IMG/VR virus record: IMGVR_UViG_3300023184_000027 | Location: 1 to 64,000 of that record | Length of the DNA stretch: 64,000 nt | Strand: one strand, 5' to 3' | Shown here: piece by piece, positions 18,433-27,533 of the stretch | Position numbering within the stretch: position 1 is the stretch's first letter | How the letters are laid out: every line of letters starts with the position of its first letter | The notes under the pieces: model-generated | What the model saw: only the letters and a program-made list of their open reading frames with translations | Databases searched by the model: none | What the model was told of the DNA's origin: nothing | Program-made: the position numbers and the translations under genes

Positions 18433-18714
18433 TTATCTCCCCTCGTATTGCCATAGAACCGCATTACAATAAGCATGTACCGCTCCTTCAGTCATATTTG
18501 TCTTATGACAATGTTGTAGATGAATTGGGTAATTTAAAAATCCCTCCGGAAACAATCGCCAATTGATTGGATTCTTTGTTATTCTTTCAGGTGCAACCTC
18601 ATCTAATGTCTCCCCACAATACATACATAGATTATCCTGTTCCTTAATATATTGTATTCTAACCTCTCTTCGTTGTTGAGGTTTTAATTTTGTATAATCT
18701 GTTGGTAATTTCAT
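18433..18714 (-). CDS. Small endonuclease VII/HNH-like protein
   Basis: Q...CMYC...HLQHCH.T....G..H..CN. Confidence 0.6.
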   Translation of the reverse strand: MKLPTDYTKLKPQQRREVRIQYIKEQDNLCMYCGETLDEVAPERITKNPINWRLFPEGFLNYPIHLQHCHKTNMTEGAVHAYCNAVLWQYEGR

Positions 18715-18715
18715 A

Positions 18716-19282
18716 TTATTGAAGTCTTACAGGTATCTTATGTTTTGTTCCATCGGTTCTTGAATATACAGCATATTGTGGTGTCATTATCATTTCATTA
18801 TGCTCATCACCCAACATATTAATATAATCATTACCTTTGCCAGGTTTAAGATATGCAATAGTCATATGTGGATGATAGTCAGGGTAATCACTTGTGAATG
18901 GAAATTGTTTTAATTCCTCGTTTGTATCATTTAGATTATCCCCCATTATATCATACTTTAATACATCATACTTTGGGCTGTTGAAACAAGATAGGTTATG
19001 AGCTTTACAATTTGTATAACTATACTTATTTAACACATTTATTATGTCGTCAATACTCACCTCGTTATCGTGTAATCCGTATAATAATGTACAATGTGAA
19101 TCCGGTTCTAAACCAAACCCCTCTTCTTCGGTGTATAAGTCATCAGGGTTTATCTTATTGTGTAATTCCGTAATAGAATCAGGGTTAAAATATAACATCG
19201 CACAAGAATATGGATATGTTTGTTTGTTCTCATTTATCCCCATCATTGTTTTGATTTTTGTTAGCTGTTCGTTTAATTCCAT
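18716..19282 (-). CDS. 2H phosphoesterase, Acb1/T4 57B-like, with leader
   Basis: Two HxT motifs (HCTLLYG, YHPHMTIAY); leader MELNEQLTKIKTMMGINE. Confidence 0.75.
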   Translation of the reverse strand: MELNEQLTKIKTMMGINENKQTYPYSCAMLYFNPDSITELHNKINPDDLYTEEEGFGLEPDSHCTLLYGLHDNEVSIDDIINVLNKYSYTNCKAHNLSCFNSPKYDVLKYDIMGDNLNDTNEELKQFPFTSDYPDYHPHMTIAYLKPGKGNDYINMLGDEHNEMIMTPQYAVYSRTDGTKHKIPVRLQ

Positions 19283-19411
19283 AGTATATCTGTTTGGTAA
19301 TGAATAGGTGATTCCCCCCGATTAATCAAGCGTTTGTTTTTTGTCTATTAATAGTAAATAGTCAAAACATAACCATAATAAGCTATAGATGTATTCTATA
19401 ACTTATTATGG

Positions 19412-19546
19412 CTATAAGGTTTGGGACTTATATTGTGGGTTTATAAGGTTTGGAACTTATATTACACATTTTGGTAATATGTGGTGAATTATACTTATCT
19501 TTGGTGAATTGTGGTTATATTAATCACCCGATGGTGAAATATACTT
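19412..19546. repeat. Short degenerate direct repeats in intergenic DNA
   Basis: TATAAGGTTTGGRACTTATATT x2; TGGTGAAWT x3. Confidence 0.6.
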
Positions 19547-20009
19547 ATTTGTAATAGTTTAATGTGTCAAGCATAAATAGGAAAACATCATTTAATGTGT
19601 GATTATCAAAATTTTTGTATTTCTCCTCAAAATCTGATTTATGATAACCCTCGTAGTAAACATCTATTACAGCAGATTCCGGGCCAAAATACTCTATCTG
19701 TCGTACCTCATCGCCTGATATACTATATGGGACAGGACTTAAACCTAATTCATATATAGAAATTCCGATTGTATTATAAGGTTTTGCTAAATGTTGGACT
19801 GAATCTTTAATGAAATCAATCTTATCTTCTTTTGTTAAATTAAAACTATCACCATACATATTCTTAATAGTGTCATAACCACCGAAAAGTTTAATGGTGT
19901 AATATAACCCCATTTTATCAATGATTTTTTGTATCTTTGCGGACTTATCGTCCTCATTGATAACCCCCATCATTTGGTGGATTCTATGTATATTCTCTTG
20001 TAAGTTCAT
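19545..20009 (-). CDS. Hypothetical protein with MNLQE leader (start corrected to 20009)
   Basis: MNLQENIHRIHQMMGVINE; N-terminal domain resembles 17819-18382. Confidence 0.75.
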   Translation of the reverse strand: MNLQENIHRIHQMMGVINEDDKSAKIQKIIDKMGLYYTIKLFGGYDTIKNMYGDSFNLTKEDKIDFIKDSVQHLAKPYNTIGISIYELGLSPVPYSISGDEVRQIEYFGPESAVIDVYYEGYHKSDFEEKYKNFDNHTLNDVFLFMLDTLNYYK

Positions 20010-20010
20010 A

Positions 20011-20784
20011 TTATTTTTCTTCCGGTAATTTTGTATCTTTGATAAACTTCTTATGTGAATCCTTATATGATTTTTGTGTCTCATCATTCACATTTTTTGT
20101 ATATTGCCAGTTCCAATACAAGTCATCGTTTGGTTTGAATCCGTAGAACTCATGAACTTCTTTTTGTGTTTCACTTACAACCTCACCATTCCAATTCTGA
20201 CCAACACAGATGAATCCTGTCTCAATATCCTCAACAAGGTTTGATTCCCCCAATGTTGCATGTCTATTCTCAATCCAAGTCAATCTCTCAATTAAGTTTT
20301 GGTAGAACATATTGGTTTGTCCCCATCTTACCGAACTAAAGAATATAACTGCGTCTGACTCAAATAACTCTTTGGATATCTTCCATAGTTCGTCTTTAGG
20401 ATTATTAATACTTGCCCAACATCTATGGTCTCCGGATGGATTCTTTTTCTTATCTTTGAGCATTGACTTTAATATCCCACAACTGTTTCCGTCTTTTCTT
20501 GAAACATTCCCCTCACAAGGAACAATATTAAGTTCGGAAACATCAATTAGGACCGATGTATCTTTTAACTCATCGTTAAGATACATTGCAATCATCTTTG
20601 ATTTTGGTATGTCAAGGTTTTTTTCATCCCAATTATATCTATTGGAACAACTCAATAACAATACCTTTTTCTTTTTCTTTAGAATGTCTAATGTTTTCTT
20701 TATTGATTTCCATGCGTCCGATTGAACCATCTCCTCAGCAATCATCATTTCCCTTATTCTAATTATATTTTCCTGTAAGTTCAT
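20011..20784 (-). CDS. Flavodoxin-fold protein (NADPH-FMN reductase / iron-sulfur flavoprotein-like) with leader
   Basis: LLLSCSNR, LNIVPCEG..S..C...C, SDAVIFFSSVRWG, LIERL; leader MNLQENIIRIREMMIAEE. Confidence 0.75.
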   Translation of the reverse strand: MNLQENIIRIREMMIAEEMVQSDAWKSIKKTLDILKKKKKVLLLSCSNRYNWDEKNLDIPKSKMIAMYLNDELKDTSVLIDVSELNIVPCEGNVSRKDGNSCGILKSMLKDKKKNPSGDHRCWASINNPKDELWKISKELFESDAVIFFSSVRWGQTNMFYQNLIERLTWIENRHATLGESNLVEDIETGFICVGQNWNGEVVSETQKEVHEFYGFKPNDDLYWNWQYTKNVNDETQKSYKDSHKKFIKDTKLPEEK

Positions 20785-20800
20785 AATAATAAATATATTG

Positions 20801-20832
20801 TTTGGTAGAATAGTTTTTATTTCTTATCTTTG
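20801..20832 (+). promoter_or_regulatory. Bacteroidetes-type promoter
   Basis: TTTG-N20-TATCTTTG upstream of 20854. Confidence 0.7.
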
Positions 20833-20853
20833 CGTTCTAAATAAATTAGTCTT

Positions 20854-21633
20854 ATGAAAAACATACACTTATTACCAACAAAATCAAAAACAAGATTATT
20901 TTTATCTAACTATGGTAAAATACTTAATTTAGCAAGTTATCCTACAACATTTTATACTACAGGTCAAAACATCTACATCACTTCTAATGAAGATATTAAT
21001 GAAAATGATTATATAATAATTTTAAACAAAAAAGTTATTCAAGTATCTTATATTTTATTAGAAGAGGTTGCGAATGGTAAAAAAATAATCCTAACCACAG
21101 ACCAACAACTTATTAAAGATGGTGTACAAGCTATTGATGATGAGTTTTTAAAATGGTTTGTTAAGAATCCAAGTTGTGAGGAGGTTGATTTTGAGGTTGT
21201 TGATGATAATATACAATGGTATAAAATAATCAATCCAAGAAAGAATTTCTATTGTGGTGATGAAGTTGATTATGGTGATAAATGTTCAGAGCAATGTGCC
21301 CAATGTGTAAACGCCACCGGTGTTGATTACGGATATCTTCCGAAAGAACATGTTGAATTTATTAATGATAATATTGATGAATTTGATGAAAAGATTAAGG
21401 AGTTCAAACACGAATGTAAAGTGTTAACCACAGAAGAAGTTATGGAAGGACGAAGTAGTGCATATAACTTTATTGATTTTGATAAACAAGAAACACTTGA
21501 AGATATTAAACTTGAAGAAGTGGTTGGGAGTAGTCATTGTCGATATTCCGTCATCGAAAATAAGTTATCAGCACTCTATAGAAATCAAGAACAAATTTTA
21601 AAAGCCATTAAAATGTTAAACAACGGAAAATGA
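20854..21633 (+). CDS. Hypothetical early protein
   Basis: 259-aa ORF after host-type promoter; small Cys cluster. Confidence 0.7.
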   Translation: MKNIHLLPTKSKTRLFLSNYGKILNLASYPTTFYTTGQNIYITSNEDINENDYIIILNKKVIQVSYILLEEVANGKKIILTTDQQLIKDGVQAIDDEFLKWFVKNPSCEEVDFEVVDDNIQWYKIINPRKNFYCGDEVDYGDKCSEQCAQCVNATGVDYGYLPKEHVEFINDNIDEFDEKIKEFKHECKVLTTEEVMEGRSSAYNFIDFDKQETLEDIKLEEVVGSSHCRYSVIENKLSALYRNQEQILKAIKMLNNGK

Positions 21634-22034
21634 GACATAAATTAACTTCGACAAATATGGACGATAATTCTTATGCAATTAAAATAATTCCTTTGATGAG
21701 GAAAATCATTAAAAAACATCCGTGGTCCGGAGAATTAGAAGCCGAGAGGTGGTTTAAATATGATTATAAAATTGTTGGTATGACTTTTAACACCGATTAC
21801 TATGAACCAAAATTATTAATTCACATTGAGATTAGTAATTTTAGAATATGCCGATACGACAGGAAAACTGATACTAAAAAATGGGAGAACCCTAAATTTC
21901 GGTATTGGTCATCAATAAAAAGAAATGAATATGTTAGAACTTGGGGTTTAACGGAAATGAAATTATTTGTTAAATTGTTTTCATTCCCACATAGAATTGA
22001 AATTGGGAAAATTAAATTAGTCGATGATGAATAA
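21630..22034 (+). CDS. Hypothetical protein
   Basis: ATGA overlap with previous gene. Confidence 0.65.
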   Translation: MRHKLTSTNMDDNSYAIKIIPLMRKIIKKHPWSGELEAERWFKYDYKIVGMTFNTDYYEPKLLIHIEISNFRICRYDRKTDTKKWENPKFRYWSSIKRNEYVRTWGLTEMKLFVKLFSFPHRIEIGKIKLVDDE

Positions 22035-22347
22035 TAAAATGTCCTCCTTAATTATTAAATACCTCAATCTTACTTACCCCAATAAACTCACATTTAGTCA
22101 ATCCAACTATCATAATAAATCAATTGTGTTTAGGCATGGTGACACTGAAATTGGAATAACGCGGTCGGATATGGACAATTTTATTAGAATTAATAACCGA
22201 ATACATATGGACATATCAAAATGGTTTGGTGATAATTTTGATAAAGGATTTATCAACGAATGTATAATTAAATGGTTATTGATGAAGTATAACTCTAATA
22301 ATGCTGGAGAAATACTTATGTCGGAATGGTTTGGAGTTAACAATTAA
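22024..22347 (+). CDS. Hypothetical protein (WF-family-like)
   Basis: IIKYLNLTY...IHMDISKWFG matches ILKYLELTY...VHLDLVNWFG of 5967-6218. Confidence 0.65.
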   Translation: MMNNKMSSLIIKYLNLTYPNKLTFSQSNYHNKSIVFRHGDTEIGITRSDMDNFIRINNRIHMDISKWFGDNFDKGFINECIIKWLLMKYNSNNAGEILMSEWFGVNN

Positions 22348-22395
22348 CATTGATTAATGTTTGTGTATCTTAAACTTATATCGTATCTTTACACT

Positions 22396-22686
22396 ATGAA
22401 ACTACTTAAATATTTGATTATCCGGACAACAACAAAGGGTTCTAATGAGGCAATTAGTGTATATAATACATTATACAACACCAATGTGGTTACGACCCCT
22501 ATAAAACCCTTATCCGTTGTTAAACCTAATGTGACCGTTCATAACTCCCCACTGAAACCTACAGATAAGAAACAGGAGATGATAGATTCTTTAGAATACC
22601 TTAAAGGTAAAATTGTGAAGACAAAAAAAGACAAGGAATCAATCTCTATGTTGGAAGCTATCTTGAAGAATATGTTAGATAGATAA
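22396..22686 (+). CDS. Small basic hypothetical protein (probable start MKLLKY)
   Basis: ORF after TATCTTTA promoter-like site. Confidence 0.55.
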   Translation: MKLLKYLIIRTTTKGSNEAISVYNTLYNTNVVTTPIKPLSVVKPNVTVHNSPLKPTDKKQEMIDSLEYLKGKIVKTKKDKESISMLEAILKNMLDR

Positions 22687-23076
22687 ATAATCGTCTGTTA
22701 TTTGTTTAACTTCTAATCCCGTATTTTCTTCAAACCATTGTTTAAATATTGGTTTCCACAAATCCCCAAATAAAGACGTTAGTTTTCTACCAACCACAGG
22801 ATATATGTGTAATAAAGGACAGTCATAGTTGTGTAAACGACCATAACCCGCAAAGTATTCATCTTCCGGACCAGCGTTTGCATTACAACCATAATAAATG
22901 TAAGAATCATCATCATTTATGAAAAAAACAATGTCTCCAAATCTATCAACATCATCTTGGTAAGTGCCAGCTGTCGTCCTCATATTCTCATACCACCCAT
23001 AATCCGGAATAAATTCACTATCCAAATACTTACGAATTATCTTATCAATCTTATTTTCCGTTATTACTATTTTCAT
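22675..23076 (-). CDS. ITE-leader protein of WF family
   Basis: MKIVITENKI...LFGDLWKPIFKQWFEENTGLEVK; paralogue of 1135-1527. Confidence 0.75.
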   Translation of the reverse strand: MKIVITENKIDKIIRKYLDSEFIPDYGWYENMRTTAGTYQDDVDRFGDIVFFINDDDSYIYYGCNANAGPEDEYFAGYGRLHNYDCPLLHIYPVVGRKLTSLFGDLWKPIFKQWFEENTGLEVKQITDDYLSI

Positions 23077-23326
23077 ATAAATAAATATCCCATAAATGAA
23101 AAACCCCCATTAATCTTGGGGGTTATCTTTTTCTTTATTATGTACCACATAAAAATTATGTCCAAAGTGAGGTAAATCAATATTGTCACCAAACCCCAAT
23201 GTCTCAACCATATTTTCAAGGTCTCTATTGGACATCTTATTTAGGACATCCACACCAACCTTTAATAGTATCAGTTCTATAACCTCATCTCTACTAATTT
23301 CTACTGTTGATTTCCACCCCATATTT

Positions 23327-24016
23327 TTAATTTATATATTCGTTAATTAAACATTCTGTCAGATAAGCGTCAATTCCTTTACATTCAAAAATTGATTCCA
23401 ATTTACAATTATGGTTTGACCCAATATAAAATTCAACCAATAATAAATTATGTTTACCTTCATAAAGGTCAGTACCTAATAAAGTTTTATTATATAAATA
23501 TTCATCGTTTAATGTTTTAATATGGTCAGATGTTGTCCACCAATAATTCCCACTAAAATGGGGATGATAACCAACATGTGTATCATATCTAACATTACAT
23601 CCAACAGCATCCGCACCATTATCTAATTTACGGACACACTCTTTAAACCTGTAGATTATATTATAATCCATACTCATTCTCCAAAGAATTGTCCTAATAT
23701 CAAATTCTTTATTACCCACACCTTTTGTATGGAAATACATCACATAACAATCATTATCTTTACAATAATTTGTTAAAAATTTCATTGTATCAAATTCACC
23801 GTCATTTGTTGGGTGAACGATTACTTTAAATTTAGAGTAATTTAATAGTAAAGATTTAAACCAATCAACTTCATCAATATTATGATAGTTTATCCCAACA
23901 TAAATCATTTCACATTCATCATATAAACCTGAAGTAAATAATTTGGTCATTTGGTCTTGAACAATAACCTTATAATCATTTACCAAGTAAGTGTGCCAAA
24001 ATATAACTTTATTCAT
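23327..24016 (-). CDS. Putative glycosyltransferase-like protein
   Basis: YFHTKG, WR..M, HFSGNYWW motifs typical of large-virus GT-like proteins. Confidence 0.55.
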   Translation of the reverse strand: MNKVIFWHTYLVNDYKVIVQDQMTKLFTSGLYDECEMIYVGINYHNIDEVDWFKSLLLNYSKFKVIVHPTNDGEFDTMKFLTNYCKDNDCYVMYFHTKGVGNKEFDIRTILWRMSMDYNIIYRFKECVRKLDNGADAVGCNVRYDTHVGYHPHFSGNYWWTTSDHIKTLNDEYLYNKTLLGTDLYEGKHNLLLVEFYIGSNHNCKLESIFECKGIDAYLTECLINEYIN

Positions 24017-24223
24017 AATTATTTACTTTTAGCTTTACCCACAAATTCTATTAATTCATTCGCCAATCGTATCGCCTCATCATAGGACATATACAATCTT
24101 GCGTCAACACTTTTGTCCTGTCTTTCCACCACTCGTAGTACAATTGAATCTTGTCCTTCACTTTCTTGGATAACAGCTTCTTGATACCCACCATCCATTA
24201 TTATTTTTGTTTCTACCCACATA

Positions 24224-24604
24224 TCACTTAATTGAATTAGTTAATTTATCTCTATACTCCTGAGATTCTTTCTCAATATGGTATTTTGTCATCACACTCA
24301 TTGCTTTACGTAACCTTGAAGATTTTTTATTAAACGGATTGTAATACATCCAAAACGGTATTTCCCAAGCAAATTTACCATCAATATAAGCACTAACAAA
24401 ATCTCTATCAGAAAAAGATAGTGTTCCTTCATTTGTTGTTGGATATTTCGGACTATAATAATCCACAAAACAACCATCCATTCCACACATCTCGTTTCTT
24501 TCCCAAAGTTCTTTGTCATTCTCTAATAACCCAATAACACGATTAACATATCTCTCGTTAATCTCCTTCATAGTCAATTTTTCACTCATAATCATAATTA
24601 TCAA
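24224..24604 (-). CDS. Hypothetical protein
   Basis: Co-oriented ORF in operon. Confidence 0.6.
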   Translation of the reverse strand: MIIMIMSEKLTMKEINERYVNRVIGLLENDKELWERNEMCGMDGCFVDYYSPKYPTTNEGTLSFSDRDFVSAYIDGKFAWEIPFWMYYNPFNKKSSRLRKAMSVMTKYHIEKESQEYRDKLTNSIK

Positions 24605-25094
24605 AATATTTATTCATCGGTATTGGTTTTTCATAACCTCCGATTTTTTTTAATTGCTTTTTCATTTCCGATATATCATCTTTAGTGTAATGTGGTGGAA
24701 AAGTTGGTTTCATTCCATATGGCATGTTATGTCTCTCTTCCCAAATTTTCAACCTGTGTTCAGCAGTTGATATCTCGTTAGCTAATTCCGTCCCTGATAC
24801 CCATTTATCATACTCATCTTTAGATTTAATAAGCATTATATCACCACCATAATTGGTGATTTTAGCATCCGGATTGGTTGTATAAACATTTACAATACCA
24901 TCTTGACCATTGTAATCCTCACATAAATCATTCACCGCAAGTTCATTGGTTAATGTGTTTTTCCATTTACTACCATATGACCTAACCTCACAGATATATA
25001 TAAACCCATCTTCACGAGTTTGTAAATAATTACCTATCTTGTTTTGAAGTTCTCTTAATTCTTCTACCGAGTATTTAATAAAATCTATTTCCAT
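24582..25094 (-). CDS. Hypothetical early protein
   Basis: TTTG-N20-TATATTTG promoter at 25099-25130 (minus). Confidence 0.65.
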   Translation of the reverse strand: MEIDFIKYSVEELRELQNKIGNYLQTREDGFIYICEVRSYGSKWKNTLTNELAVNDLCEDYNGQDGIVNVYTTNPDAKITNYGGDIMLIKSKDEYDKWVSGTELANEISTAEHRLKIWEERHNMPYGMKPTFPPHYTKDDISEMKKQLKKIGGYEKPIPMNKYFDNYDYE

Positions 25095-25147
25095 AAGGCA
25101 AATATAGGCATAAAAAAAGGAACTACCAAATAGTTCCCTTATTTTTT

Positions 25148-25483
25148 TTAACTTAAATCTTCTTTATCTTCCATATAATGAACAATTTTAACCGGTAATT
25201 TAAATTTATCTTCAAACCAATGTTTTACTAACAATTTACTTTCATCCATTGTATAACCGAACCAAACTATAGGTAAGAGAATATCATAACAAATTGATAA
25301 AGTATTTAAATTTGGATTGTACACCATTATAATACCACCACCATTTATATAATTAACCAGAAAAACCTCCTTCCCTTGACCATTTCTAATCTGTTTAGTT
25401 TTATTATACATTTTAGAAAATGTTTTATTCAAGTTTTTTATAGCTAATTCGTCTCTACGACTTTCCTTTATTAATAATTTCAT
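25148..25483 (-). CDS. IKE-leader WF-family protein (tandem paralogue)
   Basis: MKLLIKESRRDELA...WFEDKFKLPVK. Confidence 0.75.
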   Translation of the reverse strand: MKLLIKESRRDELAIKNLNKTFSKMYNKTKQIRNGQGKEVFLVNYINGGGIIMVYNPNLNTLSICYDILLPIVWFGYTMDESKLLVKHWFEDKFKLPVKIVHYMEDKEDLS

Positions 25484-25498
25484 ATGTTATTTTATTTT

Positions 25499-25828
25499 TT
25501 AATTTAAAACACCTTTTTGTGTGTGATGAGTAATTTTAACCGGTAATTCAAACTTATCTTCAAACCAATTTTTTACTAACATTTTACTTTCATGTGGTGT
25601 ATAACTGAAATAAACTATGGGAGCAAGAATATCATCACAAATGTATAAAGTTTTCGCCCTTTCACCGTAAATCATTATAACACCATCACCATTTCTATAA
25701 TCAATTCTCCTATGTGACCCTGTTGAATCTGTAATATAATCAACATCAATATACATATTGGAAAATGCTTTATCCAACTCTTTTTTTGCCAATTCGTCTC
25801 TACGACTTTCTTTTATTACTATTCTCAT
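25499..25828 (-). CDS. IKE-leader WF-family protein (tandem paralogue)
   Basis: MRIVIKESRRDELA...WFEDKFELPVK. Confidence 0.75.
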   Translation of the reverse strand: MRIVIKESRRDELAKKELDKAFSNMYIDVDYITDSTGSHRRIDYRNGDGVIMIYGERAKTLYICDDILAPIVYFSYTPHESKMLVKNWFEDKFELPVKITHHTQKGVLN

Positions 25829-26430
25829 ACGTCATTTGATTTTATGTTATAAACACTTCTGTATCTACTCTTTAAATCATAATCACTTAAATCTTCCAAT
25901 TCACTAATCCTGTACAATGAATTTTTATGAAGATAATTAATCATTTCTCCTCTACTTATATTATCAGTATTAACCATCTGATAACATTTACGCCAATCAT
26001 CCGATTCGTGAGTTTCATCAATCTCTATTTCCGGATGACCAATTTCTTGTCCAAACTTGGTTGTATATTTTTCATCATACCATTCAGTTATCACATTAAA
26101 TATAAAAGATTTTCTAACCTGTAACATTGTTGATAAATAATCAATCTCATCTGTATCAACAAATAAATCACCAGCATAAAACTTTTCATCTCCATCATCC
26201 TCATCCTCATCACCCATAAAATTATACCTCGCCTCAATAATAATTTTATCCCCTTTACACCATTCCTCATTATAGTTTCCATAATTCTCTTCAGTAGGTG
26301 GAGTGACTCTTGTTGTATTAGAGATAATTTTCTCCATATGTTTAATGATAATCGATTTAGCTGCGTCTGTACCTCTAATAAATCGTTTATTAACCTCTTC
26401 TCTTAATATCTTTTTAATTAAATCTTTCAT
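25825..26430 (-). CDS. Hypothetical protein with MKDLIKKILREE leader
   Basis: Leader plus ITEWYDEKY. Confidence 0.7.
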   Translation of the reverse strand: MKDLIKKILREEVNKRFIRGTDAAKSIIIKHMEKIISNTTRVTPPTEENYGNYNEEWCKGDKIIIEARYNFMGDEDEDDGDEKFYAGDLFVDTDEIDYLSTMLQVRKSFIFNVITEWYDEKYTTKFGQEIGHPEIEIDETHESDDWRKCYQMVNTDNISRGEMINYLHKNSLYRISELEDLSDYDLKSRYRSVYNIKSNDV

Positions 26431-26431
26431 A

Positions 26432-27040
26432 TTATTTAATAATTCTGAACCTTAATAATGGTTTACCATTTATTGTTATATCACCTTTTTCATTCTTATC
26501 TATTGTTTTAACAACAACCTTTTTGTTTTTGAATTTCCCACCCATTATGGTATCACCAACTTTAATATCCAATTTAATCATTTCACTTAATGTTAATTCT
26601 CTATTATCATCTTGAGTGTTCCAAATATCTTGTCCGGTTCCCTTGTGAATTAATTTAATTGAGTCTCTTGGTATATCATCAAAGGTAACAATATGTTTAT
26701 ACTTATCATCAAAATGAGCATCTTTATACCATTGAACATTTGATTTTTCTGTATCTATCACCCATATGTCATCGTCATAAGTTGAATCAAACATATCTTT
26801 TTTCTTTAAACTATTGGTAGCAAATACTGCAGGGACACATTCTTCATCATCACTGTATTCACTGGCTGCGTGAGTTAAATAACAATCACCTAACACCGCT
26901 CTAATCCCATAGTCCATAATACTATCTCGGTTAGACTTATTAGAGGAATGAACAACATATTTCCCGGGAGTAATCTCATCTCCCTTAACCCTTTGTTCTT
27001 GCAACAATTTATATTGTAATTCTGTTATAATTATTTTCAT
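26432..27040 (-). CDS. ITE-leader protein with ADP-ribosyltransferase/Tpt1-like domain plus small basic C-terminal domain
   Basis: YVVHSS...SI...GI, AVFAT, IWVID, IP.DSIKL; second LSE site before IKLDIKVGD.. domain. Confidence 0.5.
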   Translation of the reverse strand: MKIIITELQYKLLQEQRVKGDEITPGKYVVHSSNKSNRDSIMDYGIRAVLGDCYLTHAASEYSDDEECVPAVFATNSLKKKDMFDSTYDDDIWVIDTEKSNVQWYKDAHFDDKYKHIVTFDDIPRDSIKLIHKGTGQDIWNTQDDNRELTLSEMIKLDIKVGDTIMGGKFKNKKVVVKTIDKNEKGDITINGKPLLRFRIIK

Positions 27041-27041
27041 G

Positions 27042-27419
27042 TTATTCTAAAGCCCTATCTAAAAATCTAACCTCTTCTATCTCGTTATTACCATAAATAC
27101 TTGGGTATCTACTAGTATATATTTTAAAAATTCTTCTAATCAAATCTTCTCTTATTGTATTATAAATGTTACGGGAACCAAAAATTGGACTAACTAAATC
27201 ATAAAAATAGTCATCAGACACTCTAATAAGAGTGTTGTTATCAAATCCGTAATAATCAGCTATTACATATTTTCTTGTTCCCGGAGTTAAAAATTGAACT
27301 TTATATCCGTTCATTCTTGATTGGAAGGCTCTTATTAAGTTATCCTCATCAATACCAAGACTACTAATAATAATATCTTTTAATTTTTCTATTTTTTCTT
27401 CACTAATCTTAATATCCAT
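27042..27419 (-). CDS. Hypothetical protein with IKISEE leader
   Basis: MDIKISEEKI; ATATTTATA upstream. Confidence 0.65.
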   Translation of the reverse strand: MDIKISEEKIEKLKDIIISSLGIDEDNLIRAFQSRMNGYKVQFLTPGTRKYVIADYYGFDNNTLIRVSDDYFYDLVSPIFGSRNIYNTIREDLIRRIFKIYTSRYPSIYGNNEIEEVRFLDRALE

Positions 27420-27533
27420 ATGTATAAATATAACACGAGAGTAAAAATTACTCCCATCTTTTGAACGAAGGTAATTTTGAGTTTTTTTTACTCTCGTTTA
27501 ATTCTTTTCATTAAATAGTAAATCTTATAAGAA

